Shown here: positions 18,656 through 27,246 of the stretch, in pieces
Layout of the letters: every line of letters begins with the position of its first letter
Position numbering within the stretch: the stretch's first letter is position 1
IMG/VR virus record: IMGVR_UViG_3300020530_000006
DNA from: a virus
Reading direction: 5' to 3' (one strand)
DNA: 64,000 nt
The notes under the pieces: model-generated
Databases searched by the model: none
Told to the model about the DNA's origin: nothing
What the model saw: the letters and a program-made list of their open reading frames with translations, nothing else
Made by a program: the position numbers and the translations under genes

Positions 18656-18656
18656 T
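18629..18656 (+). promoter_or_regulatory. sigma70-type promoter
   Basis: TTGACA-16-TATAAT, CCGATG in spacer. Confidence 0.8.
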
Positions 18657-18832
18657 CTTAGAACAAAGGAGGTTGAATATGCTATTGTCTTTAAGCGATA
18701 ATGAAACCGATGCGTTAAAGTGGGTGTTACATATTGCCAAATTAGAAGCGAACAAAAGTTTTCCTAAATCGGGTTTGTTAGCCAATATTGAAAACATTAT
18801 ACTCAAAGTAAAGAAACAAATAGGAGAGTAAT

Positions 18833-19051
18833 ATGAACTGTATTTACTGTCAAGATTGTATGGATTTTGAAAGATATGAATTTCTTGTAGAAACTGGTCG
18901 CAAAATGATTTGCAAAGATTGTAGTGTAGAGAATCGTGCTGTTGGATTTATGGATTGGGGCCATAAAACTGCTCCTAGTCTTGTGTTGGTTCCAGCCAAC
19001 GCCACAGAAACTATTCGTAAACTTGATAGAGCAAATAGGAGAGCCAGATGA
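18833..19051 (+). CDS. DksA/TraR-like C4 zinc-finger protein
   Basis: CIYC..ER..CKDC spacing. Confidence 0.55.
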   Translation: MNCIYCQDCMDFERYEFLVETGRKMICKDCSVENRAVGFMDWGHKTAPSLVLVPANATETIRKLDRANRRAR

Positions 19052-19254
19052 AATGGATTGATTTATTTCAGTATCTAAACGAGAGAGCAAATGATTTCAA
19101 AAATCTTGGAAAATTTCCTTGGCAAGAAGAAGTTCAAGCATTTGATTTTGGGACTCTCGAATATTACCCATTAGATTTTATACAAATCTTACCAGATCAA
19201 AAAATTTCTTTTCATATGGATACATCTACAACTGGAGAAGATAATGGATCTTGA
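19048..19254 (+). CDS. Hypothetical protein
   Basis: Tiled ORF. Confidence 0.6.
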   Translation: MKWIDLFQYLNERANDFKNLGKFPWQEEVQAFDFGTLEYYPLDFIQILPDQKISFHMDTSTTGEDNGS

Positions 19255-19465
19255 AATTGAGAGCCTGCTTTTTAAACAAGTATCGAAACCTAAACATCAT
19301 CTTATGACTAAAATTATTAATGTATGGGAAAATCGTTATCGCATTAATGTTTACACAGAAATTGAGGAAGATAATTTAACTAAAAGAAAAATACATTCTA
19401 GTTATTTTTGTCACTATTTGCCCGGAAAACTCACAATCGTAGACGGTCTAAAGAAAACTGCTTGA
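19244..19465 (+). CDS. Hypothetical protein
   Basis: NVWENRYRINVY..SYF. Confidence 0.65.
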   Translation: MDLEIESLLFKQVSKPKHHLMTKIINVWENRYRINVYTEIEEDNLTKRKIHSSYFCHYLPGKLTIVDGLKKTA

Positions 19466-19489
19466 CAGCACCGATAAGTATGGTATACT
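19462..19489 (+). promoter_or_regulatory. sigma70-type promoter
   Basis: TTGACA-16-TATACT, CCGATA in spacer. Confidence 0.8.
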
Positions 19490-19521
19490 TAGAGTATCAC
19501 AACTGACACAGGAGACTGAGG

Positions 19522-19947
19522 ATGCCCAAGGGTAAAAAGACTTGTCCGAATTGTTCTAACATGGTTGGGCCGCGAGCCTATGTTTGCAAGAATTGCAACC
19601 ATGTTTTCTCTTTTAAAATGACCAATAAGGAAAAGAGAACCTTGAAGGTCGTAAAGGATTTTAATTGGAAAGAACTCGAAAAGGGAGATAAGATTAAGGT
19701 TGGTGGAGGCCCATATTTTCTTCATAGCGGCGAACTTATTCCTATGGGTTATAGAGGGAAGTTTGTTGTTGAAAAGGTTGATATGAAGGGTATTCATGCT
19801 TGGGGTTTGGATAAAAATGCAGGATTTGCCCATATTTATATGGGGCCAGATTATCAAAACCCTGAGACTGGAGTATGGAAAGTTAAGCACAAGATTCTTA
19901 AACTGAAAAGGAAAGACCATCAGGAGTCGGCCAGAGAACTCGTTTAA
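19522..19947 (+). CDS. Zn-ribbon protein
   Basis: KTCPNC..CKNC N-terminal ribbon. Confidence 0.7.
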   Translation: MPKGKKTCPNCSNMVGPRAYVCKNCNHVFSFKMTNKEKRTLKVVKDFNWKELEKGDKIKVGGGPYFLHSGELIPMGYRGKFVVEKVDMKGIHAWGLDKNAGFAHIYMGPDYQNPETGVWKVKHKILKLKRKDHQESARELV

Positions 19948-20210
19948 TGAATAATCAATCAAAAATAAATGATTTGCTTGATTTGAGAGAAGAAATAGCA
20001 GAATCTCTTAAAAAAATAGACGCTGTGCTACAGATTTATTTTCCAGAGCAATATTCAGATGCTTATCAGCACTGGATGCCTCAGATATTGACAGCACTGT
20101 ATAATGATGTAAAATGGCTACCAAGAGGACAGGTAACTCTACAAGATACGATTGACCGTATTAAAGATGATTCTGAAGAATCTGCTGGTGTATCTAAATT
20201 TATCAAGTAA
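19947..20210 (+). CDS. Hypothetical protein
   Basis: Tiled ORF. Confidence 0.65.
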   Translation: MNNQSKINDLLDLREEIAESLKKIDAVLQIYFPEQYSDAYQHWMPQILTALYNDVKWLPRGQVTLQDTIDRIKDDSEESAGVSKFIK

Positions 20211-20221
20211 TTGGAGAAATC

Positions 20222-20602
20222 ATGAGCGAAGAAATTTACGCTATTAATAATCTCGATGGTTATGTTACTCAAATGAGAGAGGCTGCATCCAAAAATATTA
20301 GCGAAAATAGTAGCGAAGATAATTTAGATGACTATATCAGTATCAATCAAATGGTTGGTTTAGTTAAAAGTAATTGCCTTGGTTATGACGACAATAATTA
20401 CCCACTACTAAATGAAGACGCTAATCAAAAAATTTTTGATGAGATAACGATTTGGATTCATAATATTGGTTTGGCTAAACTAGCAGCACAAGATTTGATT
20501 GAATGTGCTTGGGATGATGAATTAAATGAAATGGTTTTTTGGCAGAAGGAGCCTGCAAAAGATGACAAACCCAAACGAAAACGAAAGAGAAAAAATTCTT
20601 GA
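20222..20602 (+). CDS. Hypothetical protein (C-terminal motif like 32123..32542)
   Basis: LIECAWDDELNEMVFW versus LVETAFDEEANDFVFW. Confidence 0.7.
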   Translation: MSEEIYAINNLDGYVTQMREAASKNISENSSEDNLDDYISINQMVGLVKSNCLGYDDNNYPLLNEDANQKIFDEITIWIHNIGLAKLAAQDLIECAWDDELNEMVFWQKEPAKDDKPKRKRKRKNS

Positions 20603-20747
20603 TAGAATAATCAGGATTAAAGAAGATATTTGGGAAGCAAGAGAATATATAAATTCAGATTATTGTAAGAAATGTTCAGAAATATATTCTCAAATACTCA
20701 GACTTGAACAAGAATTAGAAGGTCTACAAAGAAAACTTACGCAATGA
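20562..20747 (+). CDS. Hypothetical protein
   Basis: Coiled coil with CKKC. Confidence 0.5.
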   Translation: MTNPNENEREKILDRIIRIKEDIWEAREYINSDYCKKCSEIYSQILRLEQELEGLQRKLTQ

Positions 20748-21289
20748 ATGTTCTTGATGGTTTGAAAGATTTGAGCGTTCCAGATATTGCCAAGTATTGT
20801 CAGGATAAAAGTATCCCTGCTAGTGTTGCTATGATTAACATTGGTGGAGATTTTAATCTTAGCACAATGGTTCGCAATGCTAATTTTTTTGGATTTCGTA
20901 GTATCCATTATGTGGGTAAAAAGAAGTGGGATAAAAGAGGAAGCGTAGGCACTCATCACTACACTCCAATGTACTATCATAAAACAGAAGAAGATTTTAT
21001 CAAATCACATTCATCGAGTGGTCGCACACTAATTGCTATTGAAAATAATATTCCAGAATACAAAGATATGACATTCGATCCTTTTAGTTTTGACTTCTCT
21101 AATGTTGATGAGCCAATTTTTATTTTCGGAGAAGAAAATGCTGGTTTGTCAGAAAAGATTCTTATGGCCTGTAGTTGTGTCTTAACTATTCCTACTTATG
21201 GAAGCGTTAGGTCTTTAAATGTTGGAACAACTAGTGGCATCATTATGAGTTTTTATCGCCACTATTACGAAAAATTTCTCAAGGGTTGA
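20744..21289 (+). CDS. SpoU/TrmH-family RNA 2'-O-methyltransferase
   Basis: NLSTMVRNA, FIFGEENAGL, IP..GSVRSLNV SPOUT motifs. Confidence 0.9.
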   Translation: MNVLDGLKDLSVPDIAKYCQDKSIPASVAMINIGGDFNLSTMVRNANFFGFRSIHYVGKKKWDKRGSVGTHHYTPMYYHKTEEDFIKSHSSSGRTLIAIENNIPEYKDMTFDPFSFDFSNVDEPIFIFGEENAGLSEKILMACSCVLTIPTYGSVRSLNVGTTSGIIMSFYRHYYEKFLKG

Positions 21290-21314
21290 CAGGGATTGGT
21301 CGATAAGGTATAAT
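21286..21314 (+). promoter_or_regulatory. sigma70-type promoter for tRNA-Ile
   Basis: TTGACA-17-TATAAT, TCGATA in spacer. Confidence 0.8.
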
Positions 21315-21324
21315 ACAAAAACAT

Positions 21325-21398
21325 GGGGCGTTGCAGCCGGTAGTTGCACATACTCTTATAAGGTATTCAAAAGGTAGGTTCGACTCCTACACGCCCTA
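21325..21398 (+). tRNA. tRNA-Ile (anticodon TAT)
   Basis: Acceptor GGGGCGT/ACGCCCT plus A; loop CT-TAT-AA (21357-21359); T-arm GTAGG-TTCGACT-CCTAC; atypical D-arm. Confidence 0.8.
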
Positions 21399-21414
21399 TT
21401 AGGAAGGTTTAGAT

Positions 21415-21666
21415 ATGACAAATAAATCAAAACATATGCCATATTACATAATCCTATGTGGATTTTTAGGTATGTCCATTGGCTTTAATTTTGTTCAACA
21501 TGAAGAAATTAAATTGCTCAAACAAGAAAAGACTATGTATAGGGTATTTTTTGAGTATCTCTATCTTAAACTAGAGACTTTACAAAACAAGAATTTTGTG
21601 TATAATAATGATACCTTGGGGGCGAAATGTATCGATTGGATTGATTTGAGTAAAACTAGCAAGTAG
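21415..21666 (+). CDS. Hypothetical membrane protein; 3' end overlaps the tmRNA
   Basis: AGGAAGG RBS, one TM. Confidence 0.55.
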   Translation: MTNKSKHMPYYIILCGFLGMSIGFNFVQHEEIKLLKQEKTMYRVFFEYLYLKLETLQNKNFVYNNDTLGAKCIDWIDLSKTSK

Positions 21667-21969
21667 TGGTTGGTGGAAAGGCCACTTTAAAAATCTACCA
21701 AATGCTTTAACTGGCAATAATCAGTTAGCCCTTGCTGCTTAATTAAATAACAGCAACAATCTTAGAAAGCGATGAAGGTAGCGTTCAAAAGATTGATGTA
21801 AAATCCTTCGGCTGCTAGAATAACCAACGGGTTCTAGCCTGAGATTAGTTGGTACGGAAAGATGAATGTTGTTTGTTCTTTAATCTTTCTCAAAACTTAT
21901 GAACAAAATAAACTTGTAGAGGTTTTATAAAAATGATCACAAGACGGCGAGTCGAATCGCCCGCCTCCA
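21618..21969 (+). ncRNA. ssrA: tmRNA; tag (A)GNNQLALAA
   Basis: Acceptor GGGGGCG/CGCCTCC-A with G3:U70; TAACT before the resume codon; tag ORF 21713-21742 ending ALAA; about 352 nt. Confidence 0.9.
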
Positions 21970-21975
21970 CTTAAT

Positions 21976-22368
21976 ATGCCTAGAAAAAATTGTACTTACT
22001 GTGGCAAAAGAAAAAACCTTAAAAGTTTTCCCAAGCACAGTATGTACAAAGATAATCTAGATAGTAGATGTAGACATTGTGTTAAAAAACATAGCAAGAT
22101 AAGAAGCAAACTACATAAAAATGCTCCAATAAAACCAGAAGTTTGTGAGTGTTGCGGCAAAGTTCCCTTCAAATGGTGTTTGGATCATGACCATAGTGAT
22201 GATAGTTTTAGGGGATGGTTGTGCGAGCCTTGTAACACTGGACTAGGAAAATTAGGAGATAATCTAGATGGTGTAATTAAAGCTGTGAACTATTTGATAA
22301 TGACTAAAAATAGGAATCAGCAAAATGAATCTTTACAAAAAATGGATTCAACATCTAAAAGAGAATAA
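21976..22368 (+). CDS. Endonuclease VII-like HNH nuclease
   Basis: CECC..LDHDH..RGWLCEPCNTGLG. Confidence 0.85.
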   Translation: MPRKNCTYCGKRKNLKSFPKHSMYKDNLDSRCRHCVKKHSKIRSKLHKNAPIKPEVCECCGKVPFKWCLDHDHSDDSFRGWLCEPCNTGLGKLGDNLDGVIKAVNYLIMTKNRNQQNESLQKMDSTSKRE

Positions 22369-22531
22369 TATGACATATACTGAGCATCTTATTTTTGCTC
22401 TTTTTTATGGATGTGCTTGTTTATTGGCAGGATTTTATCTTATCGTACACTCTGTTTTGCCATGTTTTTTTCCAACAGCAGGAAGTGATTTAGTATCAAA
22501 GTTAAGTAAAAGATTCAAGAAGCATCACTAG
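22325..22531 (+). CDS. DUF6356-like membrane protein
   Basis: HL..NNMTYTEH..HSVLPCFF. Confidence 0.65.
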   Translation: MNLYKKWIQHLKENNMTYTEHLIFALFYGCACLLAGFYLIVHSVLPCFFPTAGSDLVSKLSKRFKKHH

Positions 22532-22543
22532 GATTGTCGATAC

Positions 22544-22572
22544 TTGACAATGGGATTGCTGTGTGGTATACT
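22544..22572 (+). promoter_or_regulatory. sigma70-type promoter
   Basis: TTGACA-17-TATACT; TCGATA just upstream. Confidence 0.75.
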
Positions 22573-22597
22573 CTAGAAAACACAGGAGAATTTTTAG

Positions 22598-23905
22598 ATG
22601 ATTCACGATTTTGATTATGTTGAGGGGATGGTTCGTGATCTTAGGGCCACTAGTAGCACTAAAGATAAAGAAGGTATTATTCTGGATTATTGCGGACACA
22701 ATAGTGCCGCAGCATCTTTCACCAAGAATATTTTGCTTTATACCTATCATCCGTTGTGGCAATACAATGTTACTAGTGATAATCTCAAGAAAAAGAGTCA
22801 TCTGGATGGACAAAAGTATTATGATATTTTCTTGCTTCTTAATGACTTGAGAGATCGTGTTATAACTGGTCACGATGCTATCGGTGCAGTAAATGCCTTT
22901 GTGGATGTTTATCCAGACTATGAGGAACTTATCCATTGCATTATTGACAAGGATTTGAAAACCCGTGCTGGTGACAAGATTATCAACAAGGCTATTCCTG
23001 ACCATATTCCAGAGTTTAGTGTTGCTCTGGCAGATAAGTACGAGCCTAAACTTGTAGATTGGAAGGATGGGTGGTATGTTAGCAGAAAAATTGATGGTGC
23101 TAGATGTGTTGCTATTGTTGATAGCAATGGTGATGCTACCTTCTATTCCCGCACGGGAAAAGAATTTGATACTCTTGCTATTGTTAGGGCCGGTATTAAG
23201 GCTCTTAACATTACTAATACCGTCCTAGATGGCGAACTTTGTCTTGTAGATGATGAGGGTAATGAGGATTTCCAAGGAGTAATGAAACAACTAAAGAAGA
23301 AGGATCATACTATTCCTAATCCTTCCTATAAGATTTTTGATATGATCTCGCATGATGAATTCTATAGCAAGAAGGGTGTGAAGAATCGTCCTTATTCTAT
23401 TCGCTATAATAATCTACAAGAAGTTATGAGAGATAATACTTGTACTTGTCTTAGTGTGCTTGGTCAAGAACTTATTAAAGATGATGACCATTTTAGTGAG
23501 TGGATAGGCAAAGCCAAGGAATATGATTGGGAGGGTTTGATGCTTCGTGCTGATGAACCATATAAAGGTAAGCGATCCAAAGACCTTCTAAAATTTAAAA
23601 GTTTCTTTGATGATGAATATGAAGTAGTCGATGTTGAAATGGGGCCATTTAGATATGTTCTTAATGGTAAAGAGCATGAGGAAACGATGCTTTCTTGTGT
23701 GATGATTCAACATAAGGGATATATTGTGAGAGTTGGAAGCGGATTCTCTATTGAACAACGTCAAGAGTTTTATCAAGATCCCAATAAGATTCTTGGAAAG
23801 ATTATTGAAGTACAGTATTTTGAAGAAACTAAGAACCAAGATGGTGGCATCAGTCTACGATTCCCCACATTTAAAATTCTACACGGTGCTGCGAGAACCG
23901 TTTAA
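22598..23905 (+). CDS. ATP-dependent DNA ligase
   Basis: KIDGAR, LDGEL, EGLMLR, LLKFK, VGSG, SLRFP. Confidence 0.95.
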   Translation: MIHDFDYVEGMVRDLRATSSTKDKEGIILDYCGHNSAAASFTKNILLYTYHPLWQYNVTSDNLKKKSHLDGQKYYDIFLLLNDLRDRVITGHDAIGAVNAFVDVYPDYEELIHCIIDKDLKTRAGDKIINKAIPDHIPEFSVALADKYEPKLVDWKDGWYVSRKIDGARCVAIVDSNGDATFYSRTGKEFDTLAIVRAGIKALNITNTVLDGELCLVDDEGNEDFQGVMKQLKKKDHTIPNPSYKIFDMISHDEFYSKKGVKNRPYSIRYNNLQEVMRDNTCTCLSVLGQELIKDDDHFSEWIGKAKEYDWEGLMLRADEPYKGKRSKDLLKFKSFFDDEYEVVDVEMGPFRYVLNGKEHEETMLSCVMIQHKGYIVRVGSGFSIEQRQEFYQDPNKILGKIIEVQYFEETKNQDGGISLRFPTFKILHGAARTV

Positions 23906-23916
23906 AGAAACGAGTC

Positions 23917-23945
23917 TTGACAAACCGATACCAGTAGTGTAGAAT
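23917..23945 (+). promoter_or_regulatory. sigma70-type promoter
   Basis: TTGACA-17-TAGAAT, CCGATA in spacer. Confidence 0.7.
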
Positions 23946-23970
23946 CGTAGCATACCCATTGGAGAAAACC

Positions 23971-24675
23971 ATGATTGTTGAAAACACTGTTATTCCGATT
24001 CAGAATACAACTCTTGATAAGAGCAAGGCCGATATTTTCTTTGCTACTTTTCCTAAAGACAAGGTAGTTTCATATAAGGAATATTGGGAGAGTGTGCGTC
24101 CGCAAAACGTGGAGGATATTTTTCGTCGTTATCTTTTTGCATATTGTAGCGTTCATACTACATGGAAGGGTAATTGTGCAGGATACAATGCTATCAAGAA
24201 TTTCAACGAATGGGTTGATGACGAGAATCTTTTGAGAGAAAAACTCCACAAGAGTGGCGTTGGTCTACACAATAATCGTACAAAGTATATTTGGGATTTT
24301 GCCACAAAGTTTTGGGATAATCCTAAAGACTTTTATTTTACCACCAAGAAGGGTCACGTTAAGAAGCGTGACGAAATTGTAAACAAGATTAATGGTATTG
24401 GTTTGGCTAAAGTTAGTTTTGCTCTTGAAATGATTCATCCCAATGAGGCTAGAGTATTGTGTGGTGATGTTCATCAACTTCGCCTTTACGATATGGAACA
24501 TCTGAAGTATAATAAGAGTAAGAGCGGAACCGATTCTTACAAGAAGATGGAACGACATTGGGTGGTAAATTGTGGTAAGCACAAGATTCCACCATATATC
24601 GCTCGCTGTCTCTATTGGGACAATCTTCAAAAGAAAGAAGATAGTAGATACTGGAGTTTTGTGCTTGAAAGTTAA
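23971..24675 (+). CDS. HhH-GPD N-glycosylase/AP lyase (Ogg-like)
   Basis: HhH INGIGLAKVSF followed by DVH. Confidence 0.7.
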   Translation: MIVENTVIPIQNTTLDKSKADIFFATFPKDKVVSYKEYWESVRPQNVEDIFRRYLFAYCSVHTTWKGNCAGYNAIKNFNEWVDDENLLREKLHKSGVGLHNNRTKYIWDFATKFWDNPKDFYFTTKKGHVKKRDEIVNKINGIGLAKVSFALEMIHPNEARVLCGDVHQLRLYDMEHLKYNKSKSGTDSYKKMERHWVVNCGKHKIPPYIARCLYWDNLQKKEDSRYWSFVLES

Positions 24676-24677
24676 AT

Positions 24678-24989
24678 ATGTTAAACCAAAATGATTTAGA
24701 CTACCTTAAATGGATAGCACAAAGACTAGTAAATAGATATAGAGAAGATCCAAAAATATTATTAATAGTTGATGATATTATTTCTAAAATTATAGCAGAA
24801 ATATCTACATATAAAACATATAATAATTTTATAGTTAAATCCTTACCGTCTTGTGCAAATACTCTGCAAGAAATTATTAATTACACAAATAAATTATCAT
24901 CAATAACACAACAAAACGCCACACAAATAACTATTAGTAAAAATACTGAAACTTTTGAAAACATAGACATATCGGAAATATTAAAATGA
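24678..24989 (+). CDS. Hypothetical protein
   Basis: Tiled ORF. Confidence 0.55.
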   Translation: MLNQNDLDYLKWIAQRLVNRYREDPKILLIVDDIISKIIAEISTYKTYNNFIVKSLPSCANTLQEIINYTNKLSSITQQNATQITISKNTETFENIDISEILK

Positions 24990-25162
24990 GTAATGGTAAA
25001 GGTGATAAAAGAAGGCCAAAAACTGTTTCGTATTCAGTTTGGGAAAATAACTGGGAAAATATTTTTGGTAAGAAACAAAAAAATTCAAGTTGGGCAGTTG
25101 ACAAGCCGATAAAGGATGATAGAATACAAGAGTCCAAGCGAGAGGATCAGTCGCGTGACTGA
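24986..25162 (+). CDS. Small conserved phage protein (58 aa)
   Basis: GKGDKRRP..NWENIF. Confidence 0.6.
   Translation: MSNGKGDKRRPKTVSYSVWENNWENIFGKKQKNSSWAVDKPIKDDRIQESKREDQSRD
25098..25125 (+). promoter_or_regulatory. sigma70-type promoter
   Basis: TTGACA-16-TAGAAT, CCGATA in spacer. Confidence 0.7.
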
Positions 25163-25167
25163 CTCGC
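25138..25167 (+). promoter_or_regulatory. 5' leader hairpin with bulged AGGA
   Basis: GCGAG-[AGGA]-TCAGTC-GCGT-GACTGA-CTCGC. Confidence 0.55.
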
Positions 25168-25203
25168 AAAGACGGTTGGTTGTTTAAGATTTGGAGGTTG
25201 ATT

Positions 25204-25485
25204 ATGGCTGAAGTTACTAATGTTGAGAAGCAGACCCGTATTCGTTGCAGCGACGAGGCATTTCTTGAGGCGGTTTATTCGTCCAAGACTTATGCTGAAA
25301 TTGCCACTAAGACTGGTCAGAAGGTTGCTAGTACGATGGCTCGTTACGCTCGTACAAAGGCTGCTTTGTCCAAGAAGGGTATTGAACTTCCTTCTATGGA
25401 ACGTGCAAAGCCTACCAAGACAGTTGATAATGTCGAGGCTATGGCTGAGATTGTTCGTCGCCTCAAGGCTCACAATAACGGCTGA
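25204..25485 (+). CDS. Small HTH-like DNA-binding protein
   Basis: GGAGG RBS; TYAEIATKTGQKVASTMAR. Confidence 0.6.
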   Translation: MAEVTNVEKQTRIRCSDEAFLEAVYSSKTYAEIATKTGQKVASTMARYARTKAALSKKGIELPSMERAKPTKTVDNVEAMAEIVRRLKAHNNG

Positions 25486-25505
25486 GAGTCGATATTATAA
25501 ATCAT

Positions 25506-25588
25506 TGGTAGTCGGCTACAACAGTTTAAATGGATGAGGCACACAAGCATAATCAACCTCAAACTTTGATTGTTGTAGTCGATTACTA
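25506..25588 (+). ncRNA. Long G-U-rich hairpin upstream of tRNA-Leu
   Basis: 21-bp stem with 5 G-U pairs and no mismatch; inner GAGG/CCTC. Confidence 0.5.
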
Positions 25589-25591
25589 TAT

Positions 25592-25664
25592 GGGAGTGTA
25601 GTCCAAAGGCAGAGACAACGGACTTAAAATCCGTACAGTGTGAGTTCGATTCTCACCACTCCTA
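25592..25664 (+). tRNA. tRNA-Leu (anticodon TAA), short variable loop
   Basis: GGGAGTG/CACTCCT plus A; ACGGA-CTTAAAA-TCCGT; GTGAG-TTCGATT-CTCAC. Confidence 0.9.
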
Positions 25665-25683
25665 CTTAAACAAGGAATAATTT

Positions 25684-26055
25684 ATGAACGAAAATTCTGA
25701 TCCTATTGAGTTTCTAATCGAATTTGCTTGGGCAAATGGTGCTGATCGTTTTGTAGTAAATAACGCTAAAGATAAACTACAAAAACTCAAAGAAGATAGT
25801 AGTGATTCTAAACGATGGTTTAGTTGTGAGCAAGAACTTAGCAGACTAAAACAAGAATACAACAAACTTATTGCTGTGTTTGAGAATCCTGTTGCTTATG
25901 GTCTTATAAATGAAAGACACGATCTTTACGATCTGAGAATAACGGATAATCCTCATAACACCGATGAGAAAGTTGTGCCTCTCTATTCTAATAGACAAGA
26001 ATTTTTAACCGGAGATTGGAAGGGATACAATCACTATGGTAAGTTTACCAAATAA
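25684..26055 (+). CDS. Hypothetical protein
   Basis: AAGGA RBS, 123 aa. Confidence 0.65.
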   Translation: MNENSDPIEFLIEFAWANGADRFVVNNAKDKLQKLKEDSSDSKRWFSCEQELSRLKQEYNKLIAVFENPVAYGLINERHDLYDLRITDNPHNTDEKVVPLYSNRQEFLTGDWKGYNHYGKFTK

Positions 26056-26365
26056 ATTTTATAGAGGAGTAGTTTATAGTGATCCAGATTTTAAACATCC
26101 TAATTTTCGTTTTCTTTTAGTTGATACAGTAAAAGAAGTTCAGGATGAATATGGGGAATGGTATTTGGATATTTTCCATGACGCTACTGATTTTCTAATG
26201 CACGATCATGCCTTGGGAAATGTTTTTTATGGAGTTTATGGATCATACTGGATTGATATTCCAAAAGGCCCAATTAAGTTGTGTGAAACATCTGACTTAA
26301 ATGAAGCCATTCATGTGGCTCAAGAAATTATGGGTTCTATTATAGTAGATAAAACTCATGATTAA
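26036..26365 (+). CDS. Hypothetical protein
   Basis: Tiled ORF. Confidence 0.65.
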   Translation: MVSLPNKFYRGVVYSDPDFKHPNFRFLLVDTVKEVQDEYGEWYLDIFHDATDFLMHDHALGNVFYGVYGSYWIDIPKGPIKLCETSDLNEAIHVAQEIMGSIIVDKTHD

Positions 26366-26891
26366 CTCTGATTATCTAATAGATTATAGTGATTGGTTTG
26401 ATGAGGGTGGATATTGCCAAGTATATCCTATCAAAGATAAAAAAGATTTGGTATTCAAAGAATTTCGCAATAAAAAGAAGGCACAAGAGTCATACAAATA
26501 TCACAAAAAACTAGCCAAGTTCGATCTTGCACCAAAAATCTATAGCAAAATCTGTAAACTAGAATTCGCAAAAGAGGATGATCTTTATCAACCAGACCCT
26601 AGCGATTGGGGATACATTACTGAATTGGCTAAGACCCATGCTGCTAATACTAAGATTAGCATGGCTAATATTCAATATCTTGTTGATGAAATCTACAATA
26701 AAACCGGCTTAAAATTTTGGGATTGTCATTGGTACAATGTGGGAGTGGTCAAAAGAGGTAGGAAGAAAAAGGTTGTTTGTATAGATACTGGCAAAGAAAG
26801 TTTTGATGGTAATGCTAATGCTTGGGCAAACCCCGATCCCGGCCCAAAATGTTCTTACTGTGAAAAGTATGAATGTAATTGTCTTAGTTAG
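26358..26891 (+). CDS. Minimal protein-kinase-like protein
   Basis: EGGYCQVY loop, VFK lysine, DCHWYN catalytic loop, IDTG. Confidence 0.7.
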   Translation: MINSDYLIDYSDWFDEGGYCQVYPIKDKKDLVFKEFRNKKKAQESYKYHKKLAKFDLAPKIYSKICKLEFAKEDDLYQPDPSDWGYITELAKTHAANTKISMANIQYLVDEIYNKTGLKFWDCHWYNVGVVKRGRKKKVVCIDTGKESFDGNANAWANPDPGPKCSYCEKYECNCLS

Positions 26892-26937
26892 GTGTATTAA
26901 TTAGTGAGATAATATTTCCTTAAATAAGGAGAACGTA

Positions 26938-27246
26938 ATGTCAAAAGAATTTGATGACGTAATTAAAAAAATTAATCAATCCGATAAATTATTTTTTAGA
27001 GACATTACAAATCTGGAAAAAGATCATGAAAAAATCTTAAAAGAAGTAAACGATATTAAAAAACAAGTTAAGGATATGTCGGCTAAAGTAGATATGATGC
27101 TTGAAATACTAAATAATTTCACCATTATGCTGGCAGAAGATGATGAAGATTTAGAAGAAAATTATGATTTCGATAATGACTCTGACGAATCTTGGGCTTC
27201 AAAAGAGGATGACTTTTGGGAAGATGATACCGACGAACAACTTTGA
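26938..27246 (+). CDS. Coiled-coil protein with acidic tail
   Basis: AAGGAG RBS. Confidence 0.65.
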   Translation: MSKEFDDVIKKINQSDKLFFRDITNLEKDHEKILKEVNDIKKQVKDMSAKVDMMLEILNNFTIMLAEDDEDLEENYDFDNDSDESWASKEDDFWEDDTDEQL

